Below, one piece after another: positions 39,082-51,171 of a DNA stretch of 64,000 nucleotides. The position numbers and the translations under genes were made by a program. Numbering within the stretch: the first letter of the stretch is position 1; the number at the start of each line of letters is the position of its first letter. The stretch lies in the NCBI GenBank assembly GCA_038087875.1, contig CM075988.1, positions 2,294,001 to 2,358,000 on the forward strand, given 5' to 3'. The notes beneath the pieces are model-generated. The model saw nothing but the letters and a program-made list of their open reading frames with translations, was not told the origin of the DNA and made no database searches. This DNA comes from Malacoraja senta. Taxonomy: Eukaryota.

Positions 39082-41714
39082 TTTAAATAATGCTACGAAC
39101 ACTGAAGGCGAGCATTCCATACACCTTTATTAACACTCTCCATTTTCAGGGAGCTGTGGATACAAATATTTCTCTGAACATTAAACTGTTAGGATCTTGC
39201 CAGTAGCAGTATCTATTCTCCGCACATTCAATCTCCCAAATTGCAACACTGTACCACACCCCTGTTCGGTTTGTTTTATGTGGGGGGAGGGGGGATGGGA
39301 TTGGGGGGAACTTTTTTTCAAGTTCCTACCTTCCCGGAGATGTGATCAATTTTTCGGATCACATTCTCCGGGTTCTGCGGCCTACCATCGCTGGAGCTGG
39401 AGGCCTCCTCGGACTGACGTGAGCCCCACCGCGGGGCGTGGTCTTACCATCGGAGCGGATCCCTTGCCAAGGATCGCTCCCACCGCGGACTGCGGACTTA
39501 CCATCAAGGGCTCGCAGTTTCGGGAGAGGTTAGTCGGGAGCTCCAACGCCACAGAAGGTTCGACCAGCCACGATGCGAGGTTCGATCGCCCAGCACGGGG
39601 GAGCTGACAACCCTCCGATGCAAGAGCTGAACGCCTCGACACAGAGGGCCAGAAGGCCGCCGGCTACGAGAGTGAAGACCGTCCCGTCAATGGGGAGGGC
39701 TCAAGGCCCCCGACCGAGGAAGAACAAAAGGAAGGACTTGAACTTTATTTCACCTTCCATCACAGTGAGGAATGTGTAGGAGGCACTGTGGTGGATGTTC
39801 ATGTTAAAATGTGTTTTTGAGTCTGTTGCTTTTAATTGTATGACTGACCTGGCCAGTGAAATTCCTCGTATTTCACTGGCCAGGAGAAGCCTGGAGAAGG
39901 TATTGGACCAAGGGTTGAGATTTTTGATTGGAGAAAGGGTAACTTTGAGGAGATGCGAAAGGATTTAAAAGGAGTGAATTGGGACATTTTGTTTTATGGG
40001 AAGGATGTAGAAGAGAAATGGAGGACATTTAAAGGTGAAGTTTTAAGAGTACAGAATCTTTATGTCCCTGTTCGGTTGAAAGGAAATAGTAATAATTGGA
40101 AAGAGCCATGGTTTTCAAGGGAAATTGGACACTTGGTTCGGAAAAAGAGAGAGATTCACAATAATTATAGGCAGCATGGAGTAAATGAGGTGCTTGAGGA
40201 GTATAAAGAATGTAAAAAGAATCTTAAGAAAGAAATTAGAAAAGCTAAAAGAAGATATGAGGTTGCTTTGGCAAGTAAGGTGAAAGTAAATCCAAAGTAA
40301 ATACAGCTATATTAATAGCAAAAGGATAACGAGGGATAAAATTGGTCCATTAGAGAGTCAGAGTGGACAGCTATCTGCAGAGCCAAAAGATATGGGGGAG
40401 ATATTGAACAATTTATTTTCTTCGGTATTCACCAAGGAGAAGGATATTGAATTATGTGAGGTAAGGGAAACAAGTAGAGTAGCTATGGAAACTATGAGAT
40501 TCAAAGAAGAGGAAGTACTGACACTTTTGAAAAATATAAAAGTGGATAAGTCTCCAGGTCTTGACAGGATATTCCCTAGGACATTGAGGGAAGTTAGGGT
40601 AGAAATAGCAGGGGCTATGACAGAAATATTTCAAATGTCATTAGAAACGGGAATGGTGCCGGAGGATTGGTGTACTGCGCATGTTGTGCCATTGTTTAAA
40701 AAGGGTTTTAAGAGTAAACCTAGCAATTATAGACCTGTTAGTTTGACGTCAGTGGTGGGCAAATTAATGGAAAGGATACTTAGAGATAATATATTTAAGC
40801 ATCTGGATAAACAGGGTCTGATTAGGAACAGTCAACGTGGATTTGTGCCTGGAAGGTCATGTTTGACTAATCTTCTTGAACTTTTTGAAGAGGTTACTAG
40901 GGAAATTGATGAGGGTAAAGCGGTGGATGTTGTCTATATGGACTTCAGTAAAGGGCCTGTCCCACGGGCATGCGACTCCATGCGGCAAGCGCGACCTAAC
41001 CGGAAGCAAGGGCCGTGCAGGGGCCGCACGGAGGTCGCGGGGCCGGTCCCACTTCGATTGCCGGAGCCGTATGGAGTTGTGCGGAGCTGGTCCCGACATC
41101 GCGCGGGGCTCCGAAAAACTGACACTGTTCAAAAATTCCGTGCGGCAACGGCCTGCCGCCCCGCCTCAACGCCATACGCAGCCACATCAAGGCCGTGCGC
41201 ACCGCCTCGACGCCGTACGCACCGTCTTGACGTCAGTCGACCTCCGCGCGGCCCCCGCTCCCGGTTTTGTAGCGCTTGCCGCATGCTGGTGGGACCGGCC
41301 CTGTACGGGGATCACTCGACCTCCGCGCAGCCCCCGCTTCCGGTTAGGTTGCGCTTGCCGCATGGAGTCGCATGCCCGTGGGCAGGGACGGCCTTAGGAG
41401 GTGCGGGGCCCAATTGGGAACAATTTTTGTGAGTCCCAGCTTGCCAGCCAAGGTCAGTAGAATCATAGCAATATAAATAAAGTCTATTATAGACTTTATA
41501 TCTCTATGGTAGAATGGAAAATAATCAAAATGTGCGCTTAAAAAGTGCCTGCGAGTTAATGGACCAAACAGATCTAAGCTACATTTTAATATAAAATTGC
41601 ATACATGTAAGCCTACAGGTAATAAACAAAATGTGTAGATCACCTCTGAAAAGTACATAGTTACAATACCACTTGTTTTAGTGACTGTGAATTGCAAAAA
41701 AAAAAACAACAAAA

Positions 41715-44460
41715 AAATTCTTGCTTAAGCGCTTAATCTGAGTCTTGAATACAGGTTCAGCATCTAGGTCTCTGGCAAGTTCACTAGCGTCAATCAAGGC
41801 TTCATCAAAACCTTTTTCCCTGTATGTCTTTAACCAGTTACAAAACTTTTGAAATGAAGAAAGGCCTGTAGCAACATCCATGGTATCACTCTGAAGTTCC
41901 TTACTCACAAAATTTACTTGAAAGAGTAAGGAGTGCCAGAGAACTAGTGAGACCAGAAACTTGTAATATCTCATTTGACTAACGATTCAGCATCGCTTTT
42001 TGCTTGAGCATCATCAGTGTTTTCTGCGAACTCTTCTAGTGCATTACAAACTTCAGCAGCTTGGTACCGTACAGCTTTGACACTTTCCATTCTACATTCC
42101 CATCGTGTTTCAGAGAGAGGTTTTATAGACAGACCTGTCACATGTTTTCTAAAAACAGTCCATCTTTTAGTAGATGATGCAAAAAGGGTGTAAATACGCT
42201 GCAGAGTTCCAAAGAAAGTCATTGCATCTGGACATGTCTTGGCCATGTCTCCCAAAATTAGGTTGTAGTTGTGACATGCGTATTGTGTAAAGAAAGCTCT
42301 TAAATTCATCTGTAGAAGTCGTGCCTGCACACCTGAGGTGCGTCCCTTCATATTGGCACCATTATCATACCCTTGTCCACGGATATTTTCAACATCCAGC
42401 CCTAATGTTTCAAGTTCATGTAGAAGGGTGTTGCACAAATTTTCACCTGTGCTACTTTCCACCACTAAAATCTTGATGAAATGTTTATATACTCCTGCTG
42501 GAGCATTTGATTGAACACCATCAGCAACATATCTAATTACCATCGATATTTGCTCCTGATGACTGATGTCAGGAGTACAGTCAAGAATTATTGCAAAATA
42601 CTTGGCAGCCTTGATTCGCCTTAAAGCACATGGCATTGGGGGTTCAGTATTGATGTGGATAGAGAACTGGCTGGCAAACAGGAAGCAAAGAGTAGGAGTA
42701 AATGGGTCCTTTTCACAATGGCAGGCAGTGACTAGTGGGGTACCGCAAGGCTCAGTGCTGGGACCCCAGCTATTTACAATATATATTAATGATCTGGATG
42801 AGGGAATTGAAGGCAATATCTCCAAGTTTGCGGATGACACTAAGCTGGGGGGCAGTGTTAGCTGTGAGGAGGATGCTAGGAGACTGCAAGGTGACTTGGA
42901 TAGGCTGGGTGAGTGGGCAAATGTTTGGCAGATGCAGTATAATGTGGATAAATGTGAGGTTATCCATTTTGGTGGCAAAAACAGGAAAGCAGACTATTAT
43001 CTAAATGGTGGCCGACTAGGAAAAGGGGAGATGCAGCGACACCTGGGTGTCATGGTACACCAGTCATTGAAAGTAGGCATGCAGGTGCAGCAGGCAGTGA
43101 AGAAAGCGAATGGTATGTTAGCTTTCATAGCAAAAGGATTTGAGTATAGGAGCAGGGAGGTTTTACTGCAGTTGTACAGGGTCTTGGTGAGACCACACCT
43201 GGAGTATTGCGTACAGTTTTGGTCTCCAAATCTGAGGAAGGACATTATTGCCATAGAGGGAGTGCAGAGAAGGTTCACCAGACTGATTCCTGGGATGTCA
43301 GGACTGTCTTATGAAGAAAGACTGGATAGACTTGGTTTATACTCTCTAGAATTTAGGAGATTGAGAGGGGATCTTATAGAAACTTGCAAAATTCTTAAGG
43401 GGTTGGAGAGGCTAGATGCAGGAAGATTGCTCCCGATGTTGGGGAAGTCCAGGACAAGGGGTCACAGCTTAAGGATAAGGGGGAAATCATTTAAAACCGA
43501 GATGAGAAGAACTTTTTTCACACAGAGAGTGGTGAATCTCTGGAACTCTCTGCCACAGAGGGTAGTTGAGGCCAGTTCATTGGCTATATTTAAGAGGGAG
43601 TTAGATGTGGCCCTTGTGGCTAAAGGGATCAGAAGGTATGGAGAGAAGGCAGGTACGGGATACTGAGTTGGATGATCAGCCATGATCATATTGAATGGCG
43701 GTGCAGGCTCGAAGGGCCGAATGGCCTACTCCTGCACCTAATTTCTATGTTTCTATGTTTCTATGTTTTCGCAAAATGATTTCCTGTAGAACAGCGTGAC
43801 CCATTATATTAATAAGCTCATTCTGGATTCTTTTTCCTAAATAATGATCATGTATTTCCTTATTCTGGATTTTTCGCAGATGATCTTGCATTACTGGATC
43901 AAACTTTCCTACCAACTCAATAACACCAAGGAAATTTCCATTATGTGGTGTTCCTATGTGTTCCTCAGATCCCCGGAATGGCAAGTTTCTTTCTGCCAGA
44001 AACTGTACAGTGGCTACCAGTCGCTCAAAAACTTGATGCCAGCATTTTGCTTCTTGTCTGATGAGTTTTTCTACCACTTCATCAATAGTTTTTCCAGCAG
44101 ATAATCTTTGCTGCAGTTCACAACAACTGAGCATAGCTTGCAAATGCTTTTTGGAGTTCTCATGCTCAGCTAGTCTTGTATGAATGTTCGGCCAGTTATT
44201 AAAACCACAACTTGCAAGTGCACTTGCTGCGTTATTATCAAAAAGCTTGCAGAAGTAACAGAAGATGTTATCACTTGATACAGAGTATATATTAGCCATG
44301 GACGATTTACAATTTCACCATTTGGCAGTTTTCTTTTGCAGTGAAATTTTGAAAAACGTGATCCACTCTCATTCTTGGGGAAAATTGCAACTATAATTGT
44401 AGGTGGTCCTTTTTACACTAAATAGTCCCTGACACTCTGATTCATCATTTCTGGCCATGT
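41715..44460 (-). pseudogene. hAT transposase pseudogene (ZMYM1/Tip100-like)
   Basis: FCYFCKLF...HENSKKH zinc finger, NLPFRG, NGNFLG, LDCTPDISH, RGQGYDNGANM, SETRW. It has frameshifts and lacks the C-terminus. Confidence 0.9.
42620..43767 (+). mobile_element. Young 5'-truncated CR1
   Basis: Uninterrupted RT C-terminal frame to 43666; (TTTCTATG)3 tail; TTCGC TSD at 42615-42619 and 43768-43772. Confidence 0.95.
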
Positions 44461-46194
44461 TGCAGGATCATCTGTTAATTCTACAAAACTGGCAGATTTT
44501 GAATTCCCGTTCTCCCTTGCCTCAGCAGTCATGTCAACAGGCGAGTTTCCTTGGTTGTCAAATTCAACACTTTCGAAATGGCCGATCTCACTTCTTTGCC
44601 TTGGCTACACCCCTCTTCTTACTGCCACTCAACTATGTTCTGCCAATGTCCCTTAGTCTTTTACTCATATTTACAGAAACCACAGAAATCTCTGTAGAAC
44701 CTGCAATGTGGTGTTACATATATATTGCAATGTGTTGTGTGTTCTTGGCAAGGCGAGAGTAGATTACTCTAGCGCGGGGGCCCCCTTAGGCGCGGGGCCC
44801 AATTGGGAGCAATTGGTCCAATTGGCTTAAGGCCGGCCCTGCCCGTGGGACAGGCCCTTAAGGCCTTTGACAAGGTTCCACATGGAAGGTTAGTTAAGAA
44901 GGTTCAATTGTTGGGTATTAATGGTGGAGTAGCAAGATGGATTCAACAGTGGCTGATTGAGAGATGCCAGAGAGTAATGGTGGATGGCTGTTTGTCAGGT
45001 TGGAGGCCGGTGACTAGTGGGGTGCCTCAGGGATCTGTGTTGGGTCCACTGTTTTATGTCATATACATCAATGATCTGGATGATGGTGTGGTAAATTGGA
45101 TTAGTAAATATGCAGATGATACTAAGATAGGTGGTGTTGTGGATAATGAAGTAGATTTTCAAAGTCTACAGAGAGATTTAGGCCATTTGGAAGAGTGGGC
45201 TGAAAGATGGCAGATGGGAGTTTAATGCTGATAAGTGTGAGGTGCTACATCTTGGCAGGACAAATCAAAATAGGACGTACATGGTAAATGGTAGCGAATT
45301 GAGGAATGCAGTTGAACAGAGGGATCTAGGAATAACTGTACATAGTTCCCTGAAGGTGGAATCTCATGTAGATAGGGTGGTAAAGAAAGCTTTTGGTGTG
45401 CTGGCCTTTATAAATCAGAGCATTTATAGAAGTTGGGATGTAATGTTAAAATTGTACAAGGCATTGGTGAGGCCAATTCTGGAGTATGGTGTACAATTTT
45501 GGTCGCCAAATTATAGGAAAGATGTCAACAAAATAGAGAGAGTACAGAGGAGATTTACCAGAATGTTGCCTGGGTTTCTGCAACTAAGTTACAGAGAAAG
45601 GTTGAACAAGTTAGGTCTTTATTCTTTGGAGAGCAGAAGGTTAAGGGGGGACTTGATAGAGGTCTTTAAAATGATGAGAGGGATAGACAGAGTTGACGTG
45701 GATAAGCTTTTTCCATTGAGAGTAGGGAAGATTCAAACAAGAGGACATGATTTGAGAATTAAGGGACAAAAGTTTAGGGGTAACATGAGGGGGAACTTCT
45801 TTACTCAGAGAGTGGTAGCTGTGTGGAATGAGCTTCCAGTGGAAGTGGTGGAGGCAGGATCGATTTTATCATTTAAAAATAAATTGGATAGGTATATGGA
45901 TGGGAAAGGAATGGAGGGTTATGGTCTGAGTGCAGGTAGATGGGACTAGGGGAGAATAAGTGTCCGGCACGGACTAGAAGGGCCGAGATGGCCTGTTTCC
46001 GTGCTGTAATTGTTATATGGTTATATGGTATGTTTGGCGAATAAAACATACTTGGCGAATAAAATCTGATTCTGATTACACTTAATCAGTCATTTCTCCA
46101 TCCATTTCTGTAGCTGATCTATATACCACTGTGTATTTTGACAGCGTTCCTCACAGGTCACACCTCCACCAGTTATGGTGTTGTCTGCAAAGTA

Positions 46195-46397
46195 AATTCT
46201 GTGGAATTCTCTGCCTCAGAGGGAGGCAGGTTCTCTGGATGCTTTCAAGAGAGAGCTAGGTGGGGCTCTTATAAATAGCGGAGTCAGGGGATATGGGGAG
46301 AAGGCAGGATTGGGGATGATCAGCCATGATCACATTAAATGGCAGTGCTGGCTTGAAGGGCCGAATGGCCTACACCTGCACCTATTGTCTATTGTCA
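46195..46397 (+). mobile_element. CR1 3' end
   Basis: TGTGGAATTCTCTGCC...GGGCCGAATGGCC, (TATTGTC)n tail. Confidence 0.8.
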
Positions 46398-46399
46398 CA

Positions 46400-47015
46400 A
46401 ACTAACCAATCTACATTTATGCCCAAGTCATTATATAAAGGGTATCTGCCTTACCCTCATTAATCACCTCTGTCGCCAGTTCAAAAAACTCAATTAAATT
46501 AGCAATTCATGACCTGCTGTGGACTGCCCTAATTATCCCATTCTCTTTCAAATACGAGTAAATCCTATCCTAAAGAATCCTCTGCAATAACTTCCCAACA
46601 ACTGAAGCGAGGCTCACCGACCTAGCATTTTCTGGATTATATCTACTTCTTACACAAAGGAACCACAGAGTACTCTCCAGTCATCCGGAAGCTAGCCTAT
46701 GTTCGAGATGATACAAAGATCTTTCTCCAGGCCGTTGCAATCTCCTCTCCTGCCTCTCTCAATAATCTGGGATATATCCCATCAGGCCCTGCAGATGTAT
46801 CCACCGTAATGATTCTCAAGAAACATAACACCATCTCCTTCTTGGTCACAAACTGCCCCAGCATGCTAGTATACCCCACACTATTCTCACTGTCCTCCAT
46901 GTCCTCCTCCTTGGTGAATACAGATGCAAAATAATCATTCAGTACTTGGCTTACATCCTCCGACTCCAAGCACAAATTCCCACCTTTATCCTTGAGTGGT
47001 CCTAGCTTCTCCCTA
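46400..47015 (-). mobile_element. Old CR1 ORF2 fragment
   Basis: LNDYFASVFTKE, AGPDGIYPRLLRE. Confidence 0.8.
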
Positions 47016-47322
47016 TGTATAATTGGATTTCATTTCACAAGATATTACAACTGAAACTACGGGCAATGAAAAATCAATTCAAGTTCTTGTTCTTAATCAT
47101 ACGGTCATGGGCTTCAGAATAAGGCTGTTTATGTATCTTGTCTGAGCCTATATGCGTCCGATGGTACGGAAAGCAGATTTTTAGTGAAATATAAAACACA
47201 AAGTGCTGGAGTAACACATGTCAGACAGTATCTCTGGAGAATGTGGATCAGTAACATTTCGGGTAAGGTCGCTTCTTCCTGACCCATTACGTCACTTATC
47301 CATGTTCTCCAGAGATGCTGCT

Positions 47323-49475
47323 TGACAATAGACAAAAGACAATAGGTGCAGGAGCAGGCCATTTGGCCCTTCGAGCCAGCACCGCCATTCAATGTGATCA
47401 TGGTTGATCATCCCCAATCAGTACCCCCGTTCCTGCCTTCTCCCCATATCCCCTGACTCCGCTATTTTTAAGAGCCCTAGCTCTTTCTTGAAAGCATCCA
47501 GAGAATCTGAGGCAGAGAATTCCACAGACTCACCACTCTCTGTGAGAAAAAGTGTTTCCTCGTCTCCGTTCTAAATGGCTTACTCCTTATTCTTAAACTG
47601 TGGCCCCTGGTTCTGGACTCCCCCAACATCGGGAACATGTTTCCTGCCTCTAGTGTGTCCAAGCCCTTAACAATCTTATATGTTTCAATGAACTCCCCTC
47701 TCATACTTCTAAACTCCAGAGTATACAAGCCCAGCGGCTCCATTCTCTCAGCATACGACAGTCCCGCCATCCCGGGAATTAACCTTGTAAACCTACGCTG
47801 CACTCCCTCAATAGCAAGAATGTCCTTCCTCAAATTAGGGGACCAAAACTGCATACAATACTCCAGGTGTGGTCTCACTAGGACTCTGTACAACTGCAGG
47901 TGTACAGAGTGTACAACTCACTAGGACTCTTTGCTCCTATATTTGATTCCTCCTGTTATAAAGGCCAAAATGCCATTCGCTTTCTTCACTGCCTGCTGCA
48001 CCTGCATGCTTACTTTCATAGACTGATGTACAAGGACCCCCAGATCCCGCTGTACTCCTCCTTTTCCCAACTTGCCGCCATCTAGATAGTAATCTGCCTT
48101 CCTGTTTTTGCTACCAAAGTGGATAACCTCACATTTATCCGCATTAAACTTCATCTGCCATGCATCTGCCCACTCCCCCAACCTGTCCGTCACCCTGCAT
48201 TCTCATAGCATCCTCCTCAGTTCACACTGCCACCCAGCTTTGTGTCATCTGCAAATTTGCTAATGTTACTTTGAATCCCTTCATCCAAATCATTGATGTA
48301 TATTGTAAATAGCTGCGGTCCCAGCACCGAGCCTTGCGGTACCCCACTAGTCTGCCATTCTGAAAGGGACCCGTTAATCCCTACTTTGTTTCCTGTCTGC
48401 CAACCACTTCTCTATCCATGTCAGCACTCTACCCCCAATACCATGTGCCTTAATTTTGCCCACTAATCTCCTATGTGGGACCTTATCAAATGTTTTCTGA
48501 AAGTCCAGGTACACTACATCCACTGGCTCTCCCTTGTCCATTTTCCGAGTTACATCTTCAAAAAATTCCAGAAGATTAGTCAAGCATGATTTCCCTTTGT
48601 AAATCCATGCTGACTCAGACCGAACCTGTTACTTCTATCCAAATGTGCGGCTATCTCATCTTTTATAATTGACTCCAGCATCTTCCCCACCACCGATGTC
48701 AGGCTAACTGGTCTATAATTCCCCGTTTTCTCTCTCCCGCCTTTCTTAAAAAGTGGGATAACATTAGCTACCCTCCAATCCACAGAAATGATCCCGAGTC
48801 TATAGAACATTGGAAAATTATCACCAATGCATCCACGATTTCTAGAGCCACTTCCTTAAATACCCTGGGATGCAGACCATCAGGCCCTGGGGATTTATCA
48901 GCCTTCAGTCCCATCAGTCTATCCAACACCATTTCCTGCCTAATGTGGATTTCCTTCAGTTCCTCTATCACCCTAGATCCTCTGGCCAATACTATATCAG
49001 GAAGATTGTTTGTGTCCTCCTTAGTGAAGACAGATCCAAAGTACCTGTTCAACTCATCTGCCATTTCCTTGTTCCCCGTAATAAATTCACCTTTTTCAGT
49101 CTTCAAGGGTCCAACTTTGGTCTTAACTCATTTTTTCCTCTTCACATACCTAAAGAAGCTTTTACTATCCTGCTTTATATTCTTGGCTAGCTTACCTTCG
49201 TACCTCATCTTTTCTCCCCGTATTGTCTTTTTGGTTATCTTCTGTTGTTCTTTAAACATTACCCAATCCTCTTGCTTCCCGCTCATCTTTGCTGTGTTAT
49301 ACTTCTTCGCTTTAATTTTTATACTGTCCCTGACGTCCCTTGTCAGCCATGGTCGTCCCTTTCTCCCCTTGGAATCTTTCTTCTAGGAATGAACTGATCC
49401 TGCACCTTCTGTATTATTCATAGAAACACCTGCCATTTTTGTTCCACTGTCATCCCTGCTAGTGTATCTTTCCAA
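47323..49475 (-). mobile_element. CR1 LINE, decayed
   Basis: KSPGPDGLHPRV, NYRPVSLTS, LDFQKTFDKVPH, VRPHLEYC; (TATTGTC)n tail. Confidence 0.92.
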
Positions 49476-49800
49476 GATAGTGTATCTTGACCTACTGAGT
49501 TACTCCAGCACTTTGTGTCTTCAACCAGCTTCTGCAGTTCATTGTATCTAAGATTTCCCCCTCACCTTCCTGATACAGCTGAACTGGATCTAAGCTACCC
49601 TACACCATTCCTGCTTTAAGAGTTGCCTTTAATTCTCACACACAAGATTAAACTCAATTCTCATTATTTCCCATCGATGTCCTGAAGCTACCATGACTCA
49701 TCAAACCATAAATATTTAGTTGCTTGAAACCACCTGTATCTTTGACAATACCACTGTTGTTGGCCGAATCACAGGTGATGAATAAGCGTACAGAAGAGTA

Positions 49801-49995
49801 ATAGAACACAAAATGCTGGAGTAACTCAGCGGGACAGGCAGCATCTCTGGAGAGAAGGAATGAGTGACATTTTAGGTCAAGACCCGAAACGTCACCCATT
49901 CCTTCTCTCCAGAGATGCTGCCTGTCCCGCTGAGTTACTCCAGCATTTTGTGTCTATCTTCGGTTTAAAACAGAGTCTGCAGTTCGTTTCTACAC
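49801..49995. mobile_element. Penelope-derived palindromic repeat
   Basis: Inverted arms centred near 49878. Confidence 0.75.
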
Positions 49996-50035
49996 AGAGA
50001 AATAGAAGACCTGGTGTCACAATAACGGTGTCACG

Positions 50036-50332
50036 GGGGCGACATGGTGGCACTGCGGTAAGAGTTGTTTACCGCACCAGAGACCCAGGTTCGATCCTGA
50101 CTATGGGTGCTGTCTGTATGGTGTTTGTACATTCTCCCCATGACCTGCATGGGTTTTTGGTGGATCTCTGGTTTCATCCCACACTCAAAATACGTACAGG
50201 TTTGTAGGCTAATTGGCTTGGTAAATTGCCCTTAGTATGTGTAGGATAGTGTAAGTATGCAGGGATTGTTGGTCGGCACGGACACATAGGCTGAAGGGTC
50301 TGTTTCCGCACTGTATATCTAAACTAAACTTA
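50036..50332 (+). mobile_element. Full-length tRNA-derived SINE (HE1-like)
   Basis: TGGCACTGCGG A-box, GGTTCGATCC B-box, CR1-like 3' end and (CTAAA)n tail. Confidence 0.85.
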
Positions 50333-50455
50333 AACAATCTCTCGCTCAATGTCAACAAAACCAAGGAACTTCGGAAAGGAGAAGTTGGGAGATGACATAC
50401 CAGTTTTCATTGGAGGGTTGGCAGCAGAGAGAGTTAGCAGCTTCAAATAGTTGGT

Positions 50456-51171
50456 AGACAAAAATGCTGGGAGATCAGGTTGGTTATTGCGAACCGAGTG
50501 GAGTTGTTGGTCGAAGCGATCGCCAAGCATACACTTGGTCTCACCGATGTAGAGCAACTGACACCTAGAGCAGCGGATGCAATAGATGAGGTTGGAGGAG
50601 GTGCAGGTGAACCTCTGCCGCACCTGGAAAAACTGCTTGGGTCCTTGGATGGAGTCAAGGGGGGAGGTAAACCGACAAGTGTAGCATTTCTACATCGGTG
50701 AGACCAAGCGTAGGCTTGGCGATCGCTTCGCCCAACACCTCCGCTCGGTTCGCAATAACCAACCTGATCTCCCGGTGGCTCAGCAGTTTAACTCCCCCCT
50801 CCCATTCCGAATCCGATCTTTCTGTCCTGGGCCTCCTCCATGGCCAGAGTGAGGCCCATCATAAATTGGAGGAGCAGCACCTCATATTTCGCTTGGGTAG
50901 TTTACACCCCAGCGGTATGAACATTGACTTCTCCAATTTCAGGTAGTCCTGGCTTTCTCTTTCTTTCCCCCTCCCAGCTCTCCCACAGCCCACTGTCTCC
51001 GCCTCTTCCCGCCCCCCCCCCCCCCCACCCACTCCCACATCAGTCTGAAGAAGGGTCTCTATGCAAAACGTCGCCTATTTCCTTCGCTCCATAGAGGCTG
51101 CCTCACCCGCTGAGTTTCTCCAGCATTTTTGTCAACCTTCGATTTTCCAGCATCTGCAGTTCCTTCTTAAA
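50456..51171. mobile_element. Penelope-like element with 5' inversion, inside an old Rex1
   Basis: NLIYCIRC...LYIGETK (GIY-YIG) on the minus strand, then a sense 3' part; 18-bp TSD CAGCTTCAAATAGTTGGT. Confidence 0.9.

Larger units (their letters stand above)
41383..44841 (-). mobile_element. hAT (Tip100-like) DNA transposon
   Basis: TIRs CAGGG(A/C)CGGCCTTA(G/A)G, 14/16 match; 8-bp TSD CCCGTGGG at 41375-41382 and 44842-44849. Confidence 0.93.
40952..44858. mobile_element. PIF/Harbinger-type MITE (about 440 bp net) with a hAT inside its right TIR
   Basis: TAA TSD at 40949-40951 and 44859-44861; AGGGCCTGTCCCACGGGCATGCG terminus. Confidence 0.9.
39885..46028 (+). mobile_element. CR1 LINE (39885-40951 and 44862-46028)
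   Basis: The RT motif MDFSK|AFDKVPH is split exactly at the MITE; YADDTK; (TTATATGG)n tail. Confidence 0.92.
39262..46077 (+). mobile_element. GC-rich composite retroelement copy E (about 39262-39870, tail at about 46028-46077), split by nested insertions
   Basis: Body similar to copy C. The tail GAAATTCCTCGTAT resumes as GTATG...CATACTTGGCGAATAAA (TCTGAT)n. Confidence 0.65.

Noticed and set aside
40392..41432. 346-aa ORF as a novel fusion protein
   Set aside because: CR1 RT reading through by chance into a GC-rich MITE at the TAA insertion site.
41971..43666. Overlapping antisense ORFs of 335 and 366 aa as a bidirectional gene
   Set aside because: Both cross the hAT/CR1 junction at 42619/42620; their N-terminal parts are antisense sequence of the other element.
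43745..44299. Host ZMYM1-like zinc-finger gene
   Set aside because: Lies within hAT TIRs and a TSD, is frameshifted and interrupted; a transposase remnant.
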